A DNA stretch of 64,000 nt from a virus, in the IMG/VR virus record IMGVR_UViG_3300042516_003202, one strand, 5' to 3'. Position 1 is the first letter of the stretch. Each line of letters begins with the position of its first letter. Under the pieces are notes generated by a model. That model did no database searches. It saw nothing but the letters and a program-made list of their open reading frames with translations, and was not told the origin of the DNA. This document shows, piece by piece, positions 53,401-61,907 of the stretch. Made by a program: the position numbers and the translations under genes.

Positions 53401-54102
53401 TCAGCATTCATCCATGCCAACTGTTTGAAATAATTTACGGAGAGTATAAGATCCATCTCCATTATCAATCCACTCAATCTGGTCACCCTCTTTAAGATTT
53501 GCTGCTTCCATCAAATCATTTGGAAAACATACGAAATATTCTCCACTAGGACCATCTACTTCCACAGGAAGTTGCCACTTTGTAACTTTATCTTTAGGGG
53601 TCTCTCTAATCCAAAATCCATCAGCAGTCATAGTCCAACCAGCAGCAATTGCTTCATCATAAGTTGCATCAAGTTTTGCTCGCTTATCATAGTATTCTGC
53701 TTCACGCAGATTATACTCACGGCACTTTTCTTTCTCCTGATCTGATGCTGCCTTTTCGCACATCGCATTCAATTCTTCTTCAGTGTATTGAAGTGCTTCC
53801 ATATCACTATGCCCCCAAGGAGGCATAGTATCATTTTCCCAAAAATCATTCCAAGATTTCTTACATTCTGGAGAAGGATCATCTTTATCGCAAGATAAAT
53901 GACCCTTTCCATTACCATTCAGAAGAGCAAGAAGTTCATAACAACGACTTGCATGTAATTTATGCATGTGGTAGTTTTCATCAACTACATTCTTAATCAC
54001 GTCATAAATCTCTTGTGGAGTTGCATTCGAAGTAGAAATAGCATCGTGCATCCACTCTTCAAGTTTTTGAAGAGAGTAATTTTTGTAGTCAAAGTCCATC
54101 AA
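53401..54102 (-). CDS. multidomain protein with C-terminal AbrB/MazE-like domain
   Basis: C-terminal LPVEVD..YFVCFPNDLMEAANLKEGDQIEWIDNGDGSYTLRK. Confidence 0.7.
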   Translation of the reverse strand: MMDFDYKNYSLQKLEEWMHDAISTSNATPQEIYDVIKNVVDENYHMHKLHASRCYELLALLNGNGKGHLSCDKDDPSPECKKSWNDFWENDTMPPWGHSDMEALQYTEEELNAMCEKAASDQEKEKCREYNLREAEYYDKRAKLDATYDEAIAAGWTMTADGFWIRETPKDKVTKWQLPVEVDGPSGEYFVCFPNDLMEAANLKEGDQIEWIDNGDGSYTLRKLFQTVGMDEC

Positions 54103-54253
54103 GGTAATCCTTAATTGCTTGCTCCACTATAACCTGGATCTCCTTGCTTGTCAACCCATTTAACCAAGACCATTTTGGGTCTTGTGGGTCCCAGTCCATG
54201 GTGAACGATCCATCTTCGTTCTCTGTTATTTTAAGAGTGTCTTCAGACTCCAT
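54089..54253 (-). CDS. conserved small protein (54 aa)
   Basis: manual translation MESEDTLKITENEDGSFTMDWDPQDPKWSWLNGLT. Confidence 0.72.
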   Translation of the reverse strand: MESEDTLKITENEDGSFTMDWDPQDPKWSWLNGLTSKEIQVIVEQAIKDYLDGL

Positions 54254-54440
54254 CACCAGTCTCCTGCCAAGTTTGTTTTTCCGCTTTGCGAAGTTTTTTA
54301 AGTTCTTTCATCATCTCTTTAATTTCTTGATATGCTGTTTCTGGACTGATTTTATCAGAAATTTCAAGTCCAACAACATATTGCACTTTATCTCCAAATC
54401 GGGCAAGTGCTCTTTCAAATTCAGTTAAAGTTTCATACAT
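54243..54440 (-). CDS. conserved cyanophage protein
   Basis: MYETLTEFERALARFGDKV..AYQEIK. Confidence 0.75.
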   Translation of the reverse strand: MYETLTEFERALARFGDKVQYVVGLEISDKISPETAYQEIKEMMKELKKLRKAEKQTWQETGDGV

Positions 54441-54654
54441 CGTAATTAATCCTACAACGTTCAGCAAGAATATCTATACGTGCATCAAGAGAATTTTCAA
54501 GACGATAAAGTTCATTGGTAGTTTCTGTATTTTCCCTTTCAAGAAGTTCTATACGATTCTCCAATTCAATTAGTTTACTATAAAGATCAATATGATCTTC
54601 TACAATTTGTTTTTCAGTTGGAGAAAAAAACCAACTTATAAATTTACGGATCAT
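54433..54654 (-). CDS. coiled-coil hypothetical protein
   Basis: LENRIELLERENTETTNELYRLEN. Confidence 0.7.
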   Translation of the reverse strand: MIRKFISWFFSPTEKQIVEDHIDLYSKLIELENRIELLERENTETTNELYRLENSLDARIDILAERCRINYDV

Positions 54655-54880
54655 TTTTTACATTCCTTAGTTGACTTTGAACATATATCATTTCATCTTG
54701 AAGTCTTATAATACGTTCATCAAATGATTTAATCCATTCAATAATCATGTAACTTTCACCAGTTTCTTCATTTTTAACAGTGTAATAAAAATCATTTGCA
54801 TCCTCTTTTTCATAAGGATATAAACGTTGCTCTAATTCAGAAACTATTTGCCATAACCATATTCTTAAATACCTAATCAT
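54644..54880 (-). CDS. hypothetical protein
   Basis: 78-aa ORF in overlapping operon. Confidence 0.62.
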   Translation of the reverse strand: MIRYLRIWLWQIVSELEQRLYPYEKEDANDFYYTVKNEETGESYMIIEWIKSFDERIIRLQDEMIYVQSQLRNVKNDP

Positions 54881-55041
54881 AATACACCAACAGATTTAAG
54901 ATAGTTTCTGTATGCAGTATATCTTCTTATACTTGGTTGATCTTTGACGCCTAACTGGTGACAAATTTCACAATAGCATAACCACTCATACCAAGGAGTC
55001 GTTGGATCTAAAACATGATATGGATAATCAGAGTTTTCCAC
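54877..55041 (-). CDS. conserved small protein (GTG start)
   Basis: manual translation ..DYPYHVLDPTTPWYEWLCYCEICHQLG..RNYLKSVGVL. Confidence 0.65.
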   Translation of the reverse strand: MENSDYPYHVLDPTTPWYEWLCYCEICHQLGVKDQPSIRRYTAYRNYLKSVGVL

Positions 55042-55243
55042 CCACTACCCCTTCATGAACTTTTTCGGGTTCAGGGAAACCTTCCTGCCGTCCTTTAAGG
55101 ATAAAACGGGTCGCTGATATACATTGCTCTTTAGTGAGAGACGTGACCAATCCGTTTCCGTTAAGATCTGTTGAATCCCAGAGTCCATACCTTTTCTCCT
55201 GAACGTAGAAACAATCATCAATTAAAGTTTGTTTTTCTTCCAT
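55028..55243 (-). CDS. conserved cyanophage protein
   Basis: IDDCFYV..GLW.S..GLVTSLT.EQC..ATR..YEGVVGGKL-like end. Confidence 0.72.
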   Translation of the reverse strand: MEEKQTLIDDCFYVQEKRYGLWDSTDLNGNGLVTSLTKEQCISATRFILKGRQEGFPEPEKVHEGVVGGKL

Positions 55244-55577
55244 AGTCATCCTCAAATCTTACGATGTCCTCTTCATCACAAATAGATCCAACTTGAACTT
55301 CAATAAATTTAACACCAAATTCACCAGCAGTCATTCGGTGAAGTTCATTCTTACGAATATGTATGTGATCTCCACGTTTAACATCACACTGATAAGTTGA
55401 TGTTGTAACAATACCATCACCTTCAACAATTACCCAAAATTCTTGACGACTGGTATGTCTCTGCAAAGAAAACTGGAGATTTGGATTTACATAAATCGTT
55501 TTAATTTTGTAGGGATTAGTACTATCTTCTTCATGAAGATCAAACCAACCCCACGGTCTTTCAGTTCTTTCGCTCAT
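55218..55577 (-). CDS. mannose-6-phosphate isomerase type II cupin domain protein
   Basis: ERPWG..K.I.VNP..SLQRH..R.EFW.IVEG..HR..IEVQ.G..EEDIVRFEDDYGR. Confidence 0.88.
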   Translation of the reverse strand: MSERTERPWGWFDLHEEDSTNPYKIKTIYVNPNLQFSLQRHTSRQEFWVIVEGDGIVTTSTYQCDVKRGDHIHIRKNELHRMTAGEFGVKFIEVQVGSICDEEDIVRFEDDYGRKTNFN

Positions 55578-55686
55578 TTACTTTTTCTACAGTTTCATGA
55601 AGTTGTTTGAGTGCTTCAATTGTTTCTGGAGTTTCTTCCCACTCCCAAGAGTTTCCATTTTTATCAACAAAAGTGCGTGTTGTCAT
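55561..55686 (-). CDS. conserved small protein (41 aa)
   Basis: manual translation MTTRTFVDKNGNSWEWEETPET. Confidence 0.65.
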   Translation of the reverse strand: MTTRTFVDKNGNSWEWEETPETIEALKQLHETVEKVNERKN

Positions 55687-55874
55687 TCGTTTTCTCCTTG
55701 GAAAGTAATAGTATAATCTTTTTTCTTAAACTTACAACGCTCTATGTATTTTTTAGCGTGTGCTTCACATTGAAAGTAACAAGTTTTTTTATCCTTTAGA
55801 TCTTTTCCATCTTTATGCACAATCTTAACTGGAAATCCAGGATGTGGAAACTCTTCTTTAATTGGTTTAATCAT
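55683..55874 (-). CDS. conserved cyanophage protein
   Basis: FPH.GFP..KTCYFQCE.HAKKYI.R. Confidence 0.7.
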   Translation of the reverse strand: MIKPIKEEFPHPGFPVKIVHKDGKDLKDKKTCYFQCEAHAKKYIERCKFKKKDYTITFQGENE

Positions 55875-55878
55875 TTAA

Positions 55879-56073
55879 TTAATCATAAAGGTTTTGTTCT
55901 TGTTGCAACCTATCTATGTGATGATAGATTGTTTCTTGAGAGTATTCAAATTCCACAAATCTTTGTGGATTTTTCTTTTGCATTTTAGAAAGCATATTGA
56001 TCCAGTCATAGTGTTTATCTACGACCCAACCATATCGGCGTTCATCATGCATTATATCATAGATGGAGATCAT
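55879..56073 (-). CDS. conserved cyanophage protein
   Basis: DERRYGWVVDK.YDWINML. Confidence 0.7.
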   Translation of the reverse strand: MISIYDIMHDERRYGWVVDKHYDWINMLSKMQKKNPQRFVEFEYSQETIYHHIDRLQQEQNLYD

Positions 56074-56246
56074 TTTAAGTGTTTGGGTTTTTCGGTGTCA
56101 AATTGATACCATTTAGCATCTTTCATCTGAAGGCACATGAGTACTGTAGCATGTTCTCTCTGTTCTCTGGGTGTGCCACGATACAAATGTCTACGTTGAT
56201 GGGCACAGCACCAAACATTATAATAAATTTTTGCCTTTTCGTTCAC
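56070..56246 (-). CDS. conserved small protein (GTG start)
   Basis: manual translation ..IYYNVWCCAHQRR..EH.TV.MCL.MKDAKW. Confidence 0.62.
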   Translation of the reverse strand: MNEKAKIYYNVWCCAHQRRHLYRGTPREQREHATVLMCLQMKDAKWYQFDTEKPKHLK

Positions 56247-56428
56247 ATTTTATCCCCAAGTGTATATTCTCTTGGTCCATAATTTGGGTTTTTCTCAATA
56301 TATTTCTGCACTGCCTTTGCACCTATACCACCTTGCTTATCAAGAATTTTCATTACTTGTTTTTTTGACAATTTTGTCTTTACTTCTTTTTTCTTTGCTT
56401 CTTCTAAAAACTGTTTGAAAGTAATCAT
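56243..56428 (-). CDS. small basic late protein, candidate internal head protein
   Basis: MITFKQFLEE N-terminus; late-type AATAAATA just upstream. Confidence 0.6.
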   Translation of the reverse strand: MITFKQFLEEAKKKEVKTKLSKKQVMKILDKQGGIGAKAVQKYIEKNPNYGPREYTLGDKM

Positions 56429-56448
56429 GACTTTTTGAAAGTATTTAT

Positions 56449-56784
56449 TCAATCCCATGGTGATTTTCGCTGCAATACTCTAGCAATCTTTTCATTATAC
56501 TGTGGTGGTTCGTTGAGTTTTTCTACTAGTGCATCAAAGTTTTCTTTTGATAGAATAATCTTTTCTGGTGGATAAGAACCTTTACCCCAAAACTCTTCAA
56601 ACTTATAAACATACTCCATATGTTCCCATCCGTGATTAAGAGAATGCCAGAACTCTCCCCACACATGGTAGTCATCAAAGCGAAAACCTTGGTGAGATAT
56701 CAAACGATACCACCACCAGAATGGCGTATAGTAAATCGGTTTAAATCCGAGTATCCACTTGTTTAGGAACACAGGAAAGTCCAT
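56449..56784 (-). CDS. hypothetical protein with DUF1778-like C-terminus
   Basis: IILSKENFDALVEKLNEPP..PW. Confidence 0.55.
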   Translation of the reverse strand: MDFPVFLNKWILGFKPIYYTPFWWWYRLISHQGFRFDDYHVWGEFWHSLNHGWEHMEYVYKFEEFWGKGSYPPEKIILSKENFDALVEKLNEPPQYNEKIARVLQRKSPWD

Positions 56785-57029
56785 TATACTCCCCTACCCC
56801 CAAGATTCCAAGGGTCAACACCATCAGGAATAGGATCATCCCATGCCCCCTTACCCTCATCAGAATAGTTTACATAAAGATTATCACCACCAATGTTTAG
56901 GTGAAAGACTTGACCGTTGTTGAGATAAATTCCCATCCATACTGCACGCCCTTCTTCCATTACTTCATAATGAAACATCTTCACATCTTCCAGAATAATT
57001 TCATCTGGGTTCTTTACAAAACGTGTCAT
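56784..57029 (-). CDS. hypothetical protein
   Basis: NPDEIILEDV..HYEVM..W.GIY. Confidence 0.68.
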   Translation of the reverse strand: MTRFVKNPDEIILEDVKMFHYEVMEEGRAVWMGIYLNNGQVFHLNIGGDNLYVNYSDEGKGAWDDPIPDGVDPWNLGGRGV

Positions 57030-57176
57030 TTTGATTTCTGCTGTTCTACATTAGAAGTTGAAAAGTGTGGTTCAATATGAGTAACTGAAACTACAATTAC
57101 CAAACCACAAATTGCGGCAAGCATTAAATCTCCGAGTTTCATTTTTTTCTCCTTTGTTTTCGTTTTTATATAGGTT

Positions 57177-57473
57177 TTATTTCAAAACCTCATTAACATC
57201 AACGGCATCATAATCATCAATACCGAGTTTAAACCTTACAAAATCTGTGAAATCCATGGCATCTTGTTCATAAACACAATACCCACCATTATTATCACTC
57301 TCCGTGTAATTGGTAAAGTAATCATCAAATACTACCATAATGGCAAGGGCACGAGAATGATCATGTTCTGTGATGGTTTTATGAGGATGTGCCACAATCT
57401 TTGTGATACACTCAAAGAGTTCCTCACGATTATAAGAGAATGCTTTTGCTTCTGGGTTGAGTTTGTAAGTCAT
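57177..57473 (-). CDS. hypothetical protein
   Basis: MTYKLNPEAKAFSY..; ATGA overlap. Confidence 0.65.
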   Translation of the reverse strand: MTYKLNPEAKAFSYNREELFECITKIVAHPHKTITEHDHSRALAIMVVFDDYFTNYTESDNNGGYCVYEQDAMDFTDFVRFKLGIDDYDAVDVNEVLK

Positions 57474-58198
57474 GAGAAATTGTAATGAACACGGGTGTAG
57501 AAATCTTTGAAACAACTCCTATTGAGGAGTTTCATCATCGCTGGAGGAATGTAGTATGAATATTCACTGAAGAAATCTTCTTTACTGAGAAATCTGAGAC
57601 CATGAAGATACCAAGTGCCAAATTGCTCATGGAATGCTCTCACAGCACGATATTGCTTTGTAGTGCAAGGAACATACTTATTGGTAGATGTTTCAAAATC
57701 TTCAGGATGACCAGGATTTGCCTGTGTCATCATAACACACACGGTTTGACCTTCACCTGTGCCGAAGTATTCGGAAACCATATACACCCAATGTTCATCC
57801 ACTGGGAATACATCACGATGATACTTCTGCTCATATTCTTTCATACAAGCATCAGCAACCAGTTGGAAGTTTTCTTTTTTCTTTGCTTGTAGTTCTTCCA
57901 TTAGTTCTTCATGTTCAATCTTACGAAGTTCTTTAAGAGCATCAGAATACTTGTCGATACCAGCAATAGCAGCTCTTACAGCATCCATTCGTTCCTCCTT
58001 TTCAATATCAGCGAGTTCTTTTAGAGCATCGCCATTTTCAGCATAAAGTTTTTCTACTGCTTCCCATGCTTTTTTATTTGCCACTTCTTTTTGGACTTTC
58101 TGGTAATCTTCTTCAGATACTTTAGCAATAATCACTTCGTTTGCTGCTTCTCGTTTTGCTGCTTCTTCAAGCATTTCTTCGTGTGTAGGTTCAATCAT
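57470..58198 (-). CDS. hypothetical protein (helical N-term, globular C-term)
   Basis: 242-aa ORF, MIEPTHEEMLEEAAKRE. Confidence 0.68.
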   Translation of the reverse strand: MIEPTHEEMLEEAAKREAANEVIIAKVSEEDYQKVQKEVANKKAWEAVEKLYAENGDALKELADIEKEERMDAVRAAIAGIDKYSDALKELRKIEHEELMEELQAKKKENFQLVADACMKEYEQKYHRDVFPVDEHWVYMVSEYFGTGEGQTVCVMMTQANPGHPEDFETSTNKYVPCTTKQYRAVRAFHEQFGTWYLHGLRFLSKEDFFSEYSYYIPPAMMKLLNRSCFKDFYTRVHYNFS

Positions 58199-58383
58199 GG
58201 TTCCCAAGCGTAAGATTTTAATAGTTGATTGTCTTTTTCAAGTTGTTCAATTCGTTCATTCATCTCTTGCAGAAGTTCAATTAATGCAAGAGTATCAATC
58301 GTTTCTGTGTCTTGCCCATTCTCCATATCAATATATTGAGAATAGAAAAGTTCTTGTTTGAAGTTTCGTTTAGTCATCATCAC
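58195..58383 (-). CDS. hypothetical protein
   Basis: 62-aa ORF with overlaps. Confidence 0.6.
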   Translation of the reverse strand: MMMTKRNFKQELFYSQYIDMENGQDTETIDTLALIELLQEMNERIEQLEKDNQLLKSYAWEP

Positions 58384-58555
58384 ACATCCATTCCTTCAAA
58401 TCAATAATCTCATACCAATCAGGAGCATAATCATCATTCTTCATAACATTAATTTTGTCAGTTGCTTCCTCTTCAGTATCATAGCACGCAACCCAATCAC
58501 CCGTAGCACGGTCAGGATAATAGTTGTATCCAGCAATCAACAGATAAGTTTTCAT
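58370..58555 (-). CDS. hypothetical protein
   Basis: YLLIAG.NYYP..GDW..Y..DWYEIIDL. Confidence 0.65.
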   Translation of the reverse strand: MKTYLLIAGYNYYPDRATGDWVACYDTEEEATDKINVMKNDDYAPDWYEIIDLKEWMCDDD

Positions 58556-59361
58556 CGCAGTTTCTCCCTAATCGTTCGGATACACTCATTCCACTTATAA
58601 CTGTTAGTTTCGTGTTCTGATGGCAACCACAAACTGATTTCATCAATCAAAGTAGCAATACAAGTATCACCATCCCAATCAACACCAGTTGTGAATACAT
58701 CTGCCCACCAATCATGGATCAAATCACTCAAGGTTTGTGGTTTGGTAGAAGATGAAACCACACCTTGCTTGACTGCTTCACGGAATGCTTCTTTCAATCC
58801 ATCAGCAACTTGTTCTGGTGTTTGAGGTGTTGGTTTGTAATCAACTACACCATAACCATCATGAATTCTGATAGTTTCTTCCATTTCATTATGAACTCGT
58901 TCTCCTCGTTCTTGTGCGGTTTCTTGAAACTCTCCTACCTTATAATCCTTCTGTGCGGACTTATAACCATTTACAAAGTGCATCCAAGTTGGACTGTCCC
59001 AACATCCATCAGTAATATGAGTCGTAGGATAATTACCATAAACTCTTTTATATGCTTCTTCGCAAGGAGTTTTTGTTTTTTCCAGTTCCTTATAAAATTC
59101 CAACTTACTTTGAAGCACTTTGATTTGTGCCTCAATATCTTCAATCACAGTCATAGGAGTTTCGTATTTCACAGGTTCATTCATTTTAATGTGTAGTTGT
59201 GTTTTAGGTGTTACCGTTCCCAATCTACCAGTTCCTTCAACTTTTATGGTAGTTTCTCCACTTGGTGATGTGAATTTAAGGTCAGTCATTTTATCTTTGT
59301 TAAGAGGTCCATAAACTTGTTCCATTAGTTTTTGAAAGTCCTTATCCATATCCCAAAGCAT
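58552..59361 (-). CDS. mosaic hypothetical protein
   Basis: 269-aa ORF; start uncertain. Confidence 0.6.
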   Translation of the reverse strand: MLWDMDKDFQKLMEQVYGPLNKDKMTDLKFTSPSGETTIKVEGTGRLGTVTPKTQLHIKMNEPVKYETPMTVIEDIEAQIKVLQSKLEFYKELEKTKTPCEEAYKRVYGNYPTTHITDGCWDSPTWMHFVNGYKSAQKDYKVGEFQETAQERGERVHNEMEETIRIHDGYGVVDYKPTPQTPEQVADGLKEAFREAVKQGVVSSSTKPQTLSDLIHDWWADVFTTGVDWDGDTCIATLIDEISLWLPSEHETNSYKWNECIRTIREKLR

Positions 59362-59615
59362 TAGAGTGCCTCCAATTCATCACATACATCAAGTATAGCA
59401 CGGGCATCAAGCACCATATCTTCCACACCTTCCTCTCTACAAAACTGATAGTATTGGAGTTCTGCTACTAACTCACGGAGAATATCAGCAATAATTTTTT
59501 TGCTGTAAGGGTCAAGATAAGTGTCAAATTGTTCTACTGGTGTCATTAGTGCTTTGGAATAACCATCAACATAAGTATTCCAAATTACTTGTGCTACTTC
59601 TTTTTTGTTAGCCAT
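59361..59615 (-). CDS. hypothetical protein
   Basis: 84-aa ORF in operon. Confidence 0.62.
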   Translation of the reverse strand: MANKKEVAQVIWNTYVDGYSKALMTPVEQFDTYLDPYSKKIIADILRELVAELQYYQFCREEGVEDMVLDARAILDVCDELEAL

Positions 59616-59835
59616 TTTCTTTCATCACAGGATGCTCGTATTCTACACCAATTTGTTCTAAAAGTGTGCGGGCAAAGGTAATCTCACCGTAATCAGCACC
59701 TACCTCAAAGGCAACATCACCATTAGTATAATCATTTGGATTGAAATCATCACCATACTTATTGTAACAGTGCTTCATCTCTGCGTATTTTTTGAGAACT
59801 CCAAGAAGAAGTGTGAGTTTTTGTTCGTCAGTCAT
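59608..59835 (-). CDS. hypothetical protein
   Basis: 75-aa ORF in operon. Confidence 0.62.
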   Translation of the reverse strand: MTDEQKLTLLLGVLKKYAEMKHCYNKYGDDFNPNDYTNGDVAFEVGADYGEITFARTLLEQIGVEYEHPVMKENG

Positions 59836-60014
59836 TCTTCATCCTCATCAAAACCACCAACACCAATATCTACAAAGGTAGAACCATCAACGTCCTCAAA
59901 AAGTTGGAAGTCAAAATCACCTTGATAAAAGTTATACCTGTATCCATCAGTAATTCTTACTTCTTGGTCAAGTGGAAACTCTTTGAGTTTTTCAATAAAT
60001 TCAGCAACAGTCAT
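59832..60014 (-). CDS. hypothetical protein
   Basis: MTVAEFIEKLKEFP.D.EV. Confidence 0.62.
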   Translation of the reverse strand: MTVAEFIEKLKEFPLDQEVRITDGYRYNFYQGDFDFQLFEDVDGSTFVDIGVGGFDEDEE

Positions 60015-60343
60015 TTCACCCCCAGCAAATCCTTTTCTTCGTCAGTCAAACGAGCAATCAGTTCTTTACGCTTTTGTGCTTTGATTTCTTTCTCTTGTTG
60101 TTTCACAAGCATTTCATCCAAGATACTATCCATTGTGCAGAAATCATAATCTCCTCCACTCTTCCAATCAGATCGTCCTTCATTGTCAATAAAAACAGTG
60201 TTATTAGACCATTTGCCATCATCGTGCCAATCATTACGCAGAGTGATTTTATAACCTTCATCAGTTTGACGGAAGGTTACATCACGAATAGAAAGTTTCT
60301 GTGCTTTACAGAGAAAGTCCAGTAGTTCGGTTGTAGTAATCAT
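60011..60343 (-). CDS. hypothetical protein
   Basis: 110-aa ORF, ends LTDEEKDLLGV. Confidence 0.65.
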   Translation of the reverse strand: MITTTELLDFLCKAQKLSIRDVTFRQTDEGYKITLRNDWHDDGKWSNNTVFIDNEGRSDWKSGGDYDFCTMDSILDEMLVKQQEKEIKAQKRKELIARLTDEEKDLLGVK

Positions 60344-60525
60344 TTCATTTGCTCCAAAACATCAATAAAGTGTTGAATACAATCTTTGGGAATGTGAATG
60401 GTTTGGTATCCTGGTCCATTACCATCCTCTACACTCACAGTTCCATACTCATCGGCAGTGAAATCAAAACTCCAACCATCTTCATCGTGTATAATTTTAA
60501 TGTGCTTGGTGATTGTGTAGGTCAT
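60340..60525 (-). CDS. hypothetical protein
   Basis: MTYTITK..; palindrome-type promoter at 60547-60606. Confidence 0.7.
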   Translation of the reverse strand: MTYTITKHIKIIHDEDGWSFDFTADEYGTVSVEDGNGPGYQTIHIPKDCIQHFIDVLEQMK

Positions 60526-60594
60526 CGGTTGGTTGCTTATGAGGTTATTATACGACCAAACACACCCCACCACAAGGAGGAGTGTGCCAGTTCT

Positions 60595-60822
60595 TCAAGT
60601 GTCCTCAAAATCTCTTGGTTCTTCGTATGCCTCATCGCATCCAGTAAATGCGTATTTCTTATTATTCATCTTATACCATTCGTGGTTCAAAGCATAAAAG
60701 AATGTCATCCATTCTCCGTCGTAATATGAAAGTCCTTCATTATAAGAACCAAAGACATTAGTTTCTTCTGGAACTCTCATCCAGATTTTCCAGTAATCAA
60801 AAATTAGTTTTGTGAGTTTCAT
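60595..60822 (-). CDS. hypothetical protein
   Basis: 75-aa ORF whose end overlaps the palindrome. Confidence 0.6.
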   Translation of the reverse strand: MKLTKLIFDYWKIWMRVPEETNVFGSYNEGLSYYDGEWMTFFYALNHEWYKMNNKKYAFTGCDEAYEEPRDFEDT

Positions 60823-60998
60823 TTTCTCTTACCAGAGTTCTCATAAATGATTGCTTGTTCCAAAGACATTCCAAGATAAGTGTAATCAATTATACCACTA
60901 CTATCAGTTAAATCAGGATGAACCCAATAATTTGGATGATACCAATCAGTCCATCCAAGTGCTCTCAAATCATCAGCAGTTTTTACTTCTTTATTCAT
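60819..60998 (-). CDS. hypothetical protein
   Basis: MNKEVKTADDLRALGW..WVHP; start chosen to avoid long overlap. Confidence 0.55.
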   Translation of the reverse strand: MNKEVKTADDLRALGWTDWYHPNYWVHPDLTDSSGIIDYTYLGMSLEQAIIYENSGKRK

Positions 60999-61206
60999 CA
61001 TCGCAGTCAAAATAATCTCCATCAAATAAGTTATCATAATTGTTGAGTGCCTGATAAAACCACCAAGCATCTTCTTCAACATCAATCAATCTATGCTGAC
61101 ACACCCATTTTGTATAATATCTTTCAGGGAACATTAGAATATACCAACAATCAAAAGCACTTCTCCAAGTGCGTCTGTTATTCCAGAGGGTTTTGAGTTT
61201 ATTCAT
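60991..61206 (-). CDS. hypothetical protein
   Basis: 71-aa Trp-rich ORF. Confidence 0.6.
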   Translation of the reverse strand: MNKLKTLWNNRRTWRSAFDCWYILMFPERYYTKWVCQHRLIDVEEDAWWFYQALNNYDNLFDGDYFDCDDE

Positions 61207-61535
61207 AGGTAGTAAGTGTCCTCCTCATATTTCACATAATCACTACAAATATGGCAGAAGAAATCTCCACCAGTATCTTCTGGGTTAGTTATACACATAA
61301 CCCATACCCAAAAACATTCCCTAAACCAATACCAACCTGCATCTAACTTTTCAAAGAGATTCATAGGACGATTGATTTTCATAACTTCACCAGGAGTTCC
61401 ATTCAAAATAATACTCATATTATAATCAAGTTGTTTGTTAACTTCTGCGTTAAGTTCGTCTTTGAAAACTTTTTCCCAATCTACCTTACCAAAGAGTTCT
61501 TCAAGTTCTTGTGCGGTGGTCGGTTTATTATTCAT
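61203..61535 (-). CDS. hypothetical protein
   Basis: MNNKPTTAQE.. Confidence 0.6.
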   Translation of the reverse strand: MNNKPTTAQELEELFGKVDWEKVFKDELNAEVNKQLDYNMSIILNGTPGEVMKINRPMNLFEKLDAGWYWFRECFWVWVMCITNPEDTGGDFFCHICSDYVKYEEDTYYL

Positions 61536-61685
61536 ATCTAATCTTCTTTGGATTGTTTCTTTTACCACATACAGGACACTTTACACCATCCATCACCAGT
61601 TGTCTATCACAAGAATTACACCAAAAGAAACCATACTTTGCCTGTTTGGCTTTCTCACGATTTCTTGGTTGGTAGTCCTCATCCA

Positions 61686-61907
61686 TTATTTCACTTCCAC
61701 ATAAATCGTTTCACCAAGTTGAGTTTTACATTTCCACCTCTTGCCGCAAGTGAGACATTCAAGAGCAGAAGTTGTTATATTTCTATCTGGATTAGTATTC
61801 ACTCCGTTCTTATCATAGATTGGAGGATAATATGCGGCAGTTGAAGAACCTGGACTTTGAATAAATCTACAATCCTCTCTGGGACATTGGGGAGTTATAT
61901 TAGTCAT
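61686..61907 (-). CDS. small Cys-containing (zinc-ribbon-like) protein
   Basis: CP..DC ... CLTCGKRW. Confidence 0.62.
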   Translation of the reverse strand: MTNITPQCPREDCRFIQSPGSSTAAYYPPIYDKNGVNTNPDRNITTSALECLTCGKRWKCKTQLGETIYVEVK

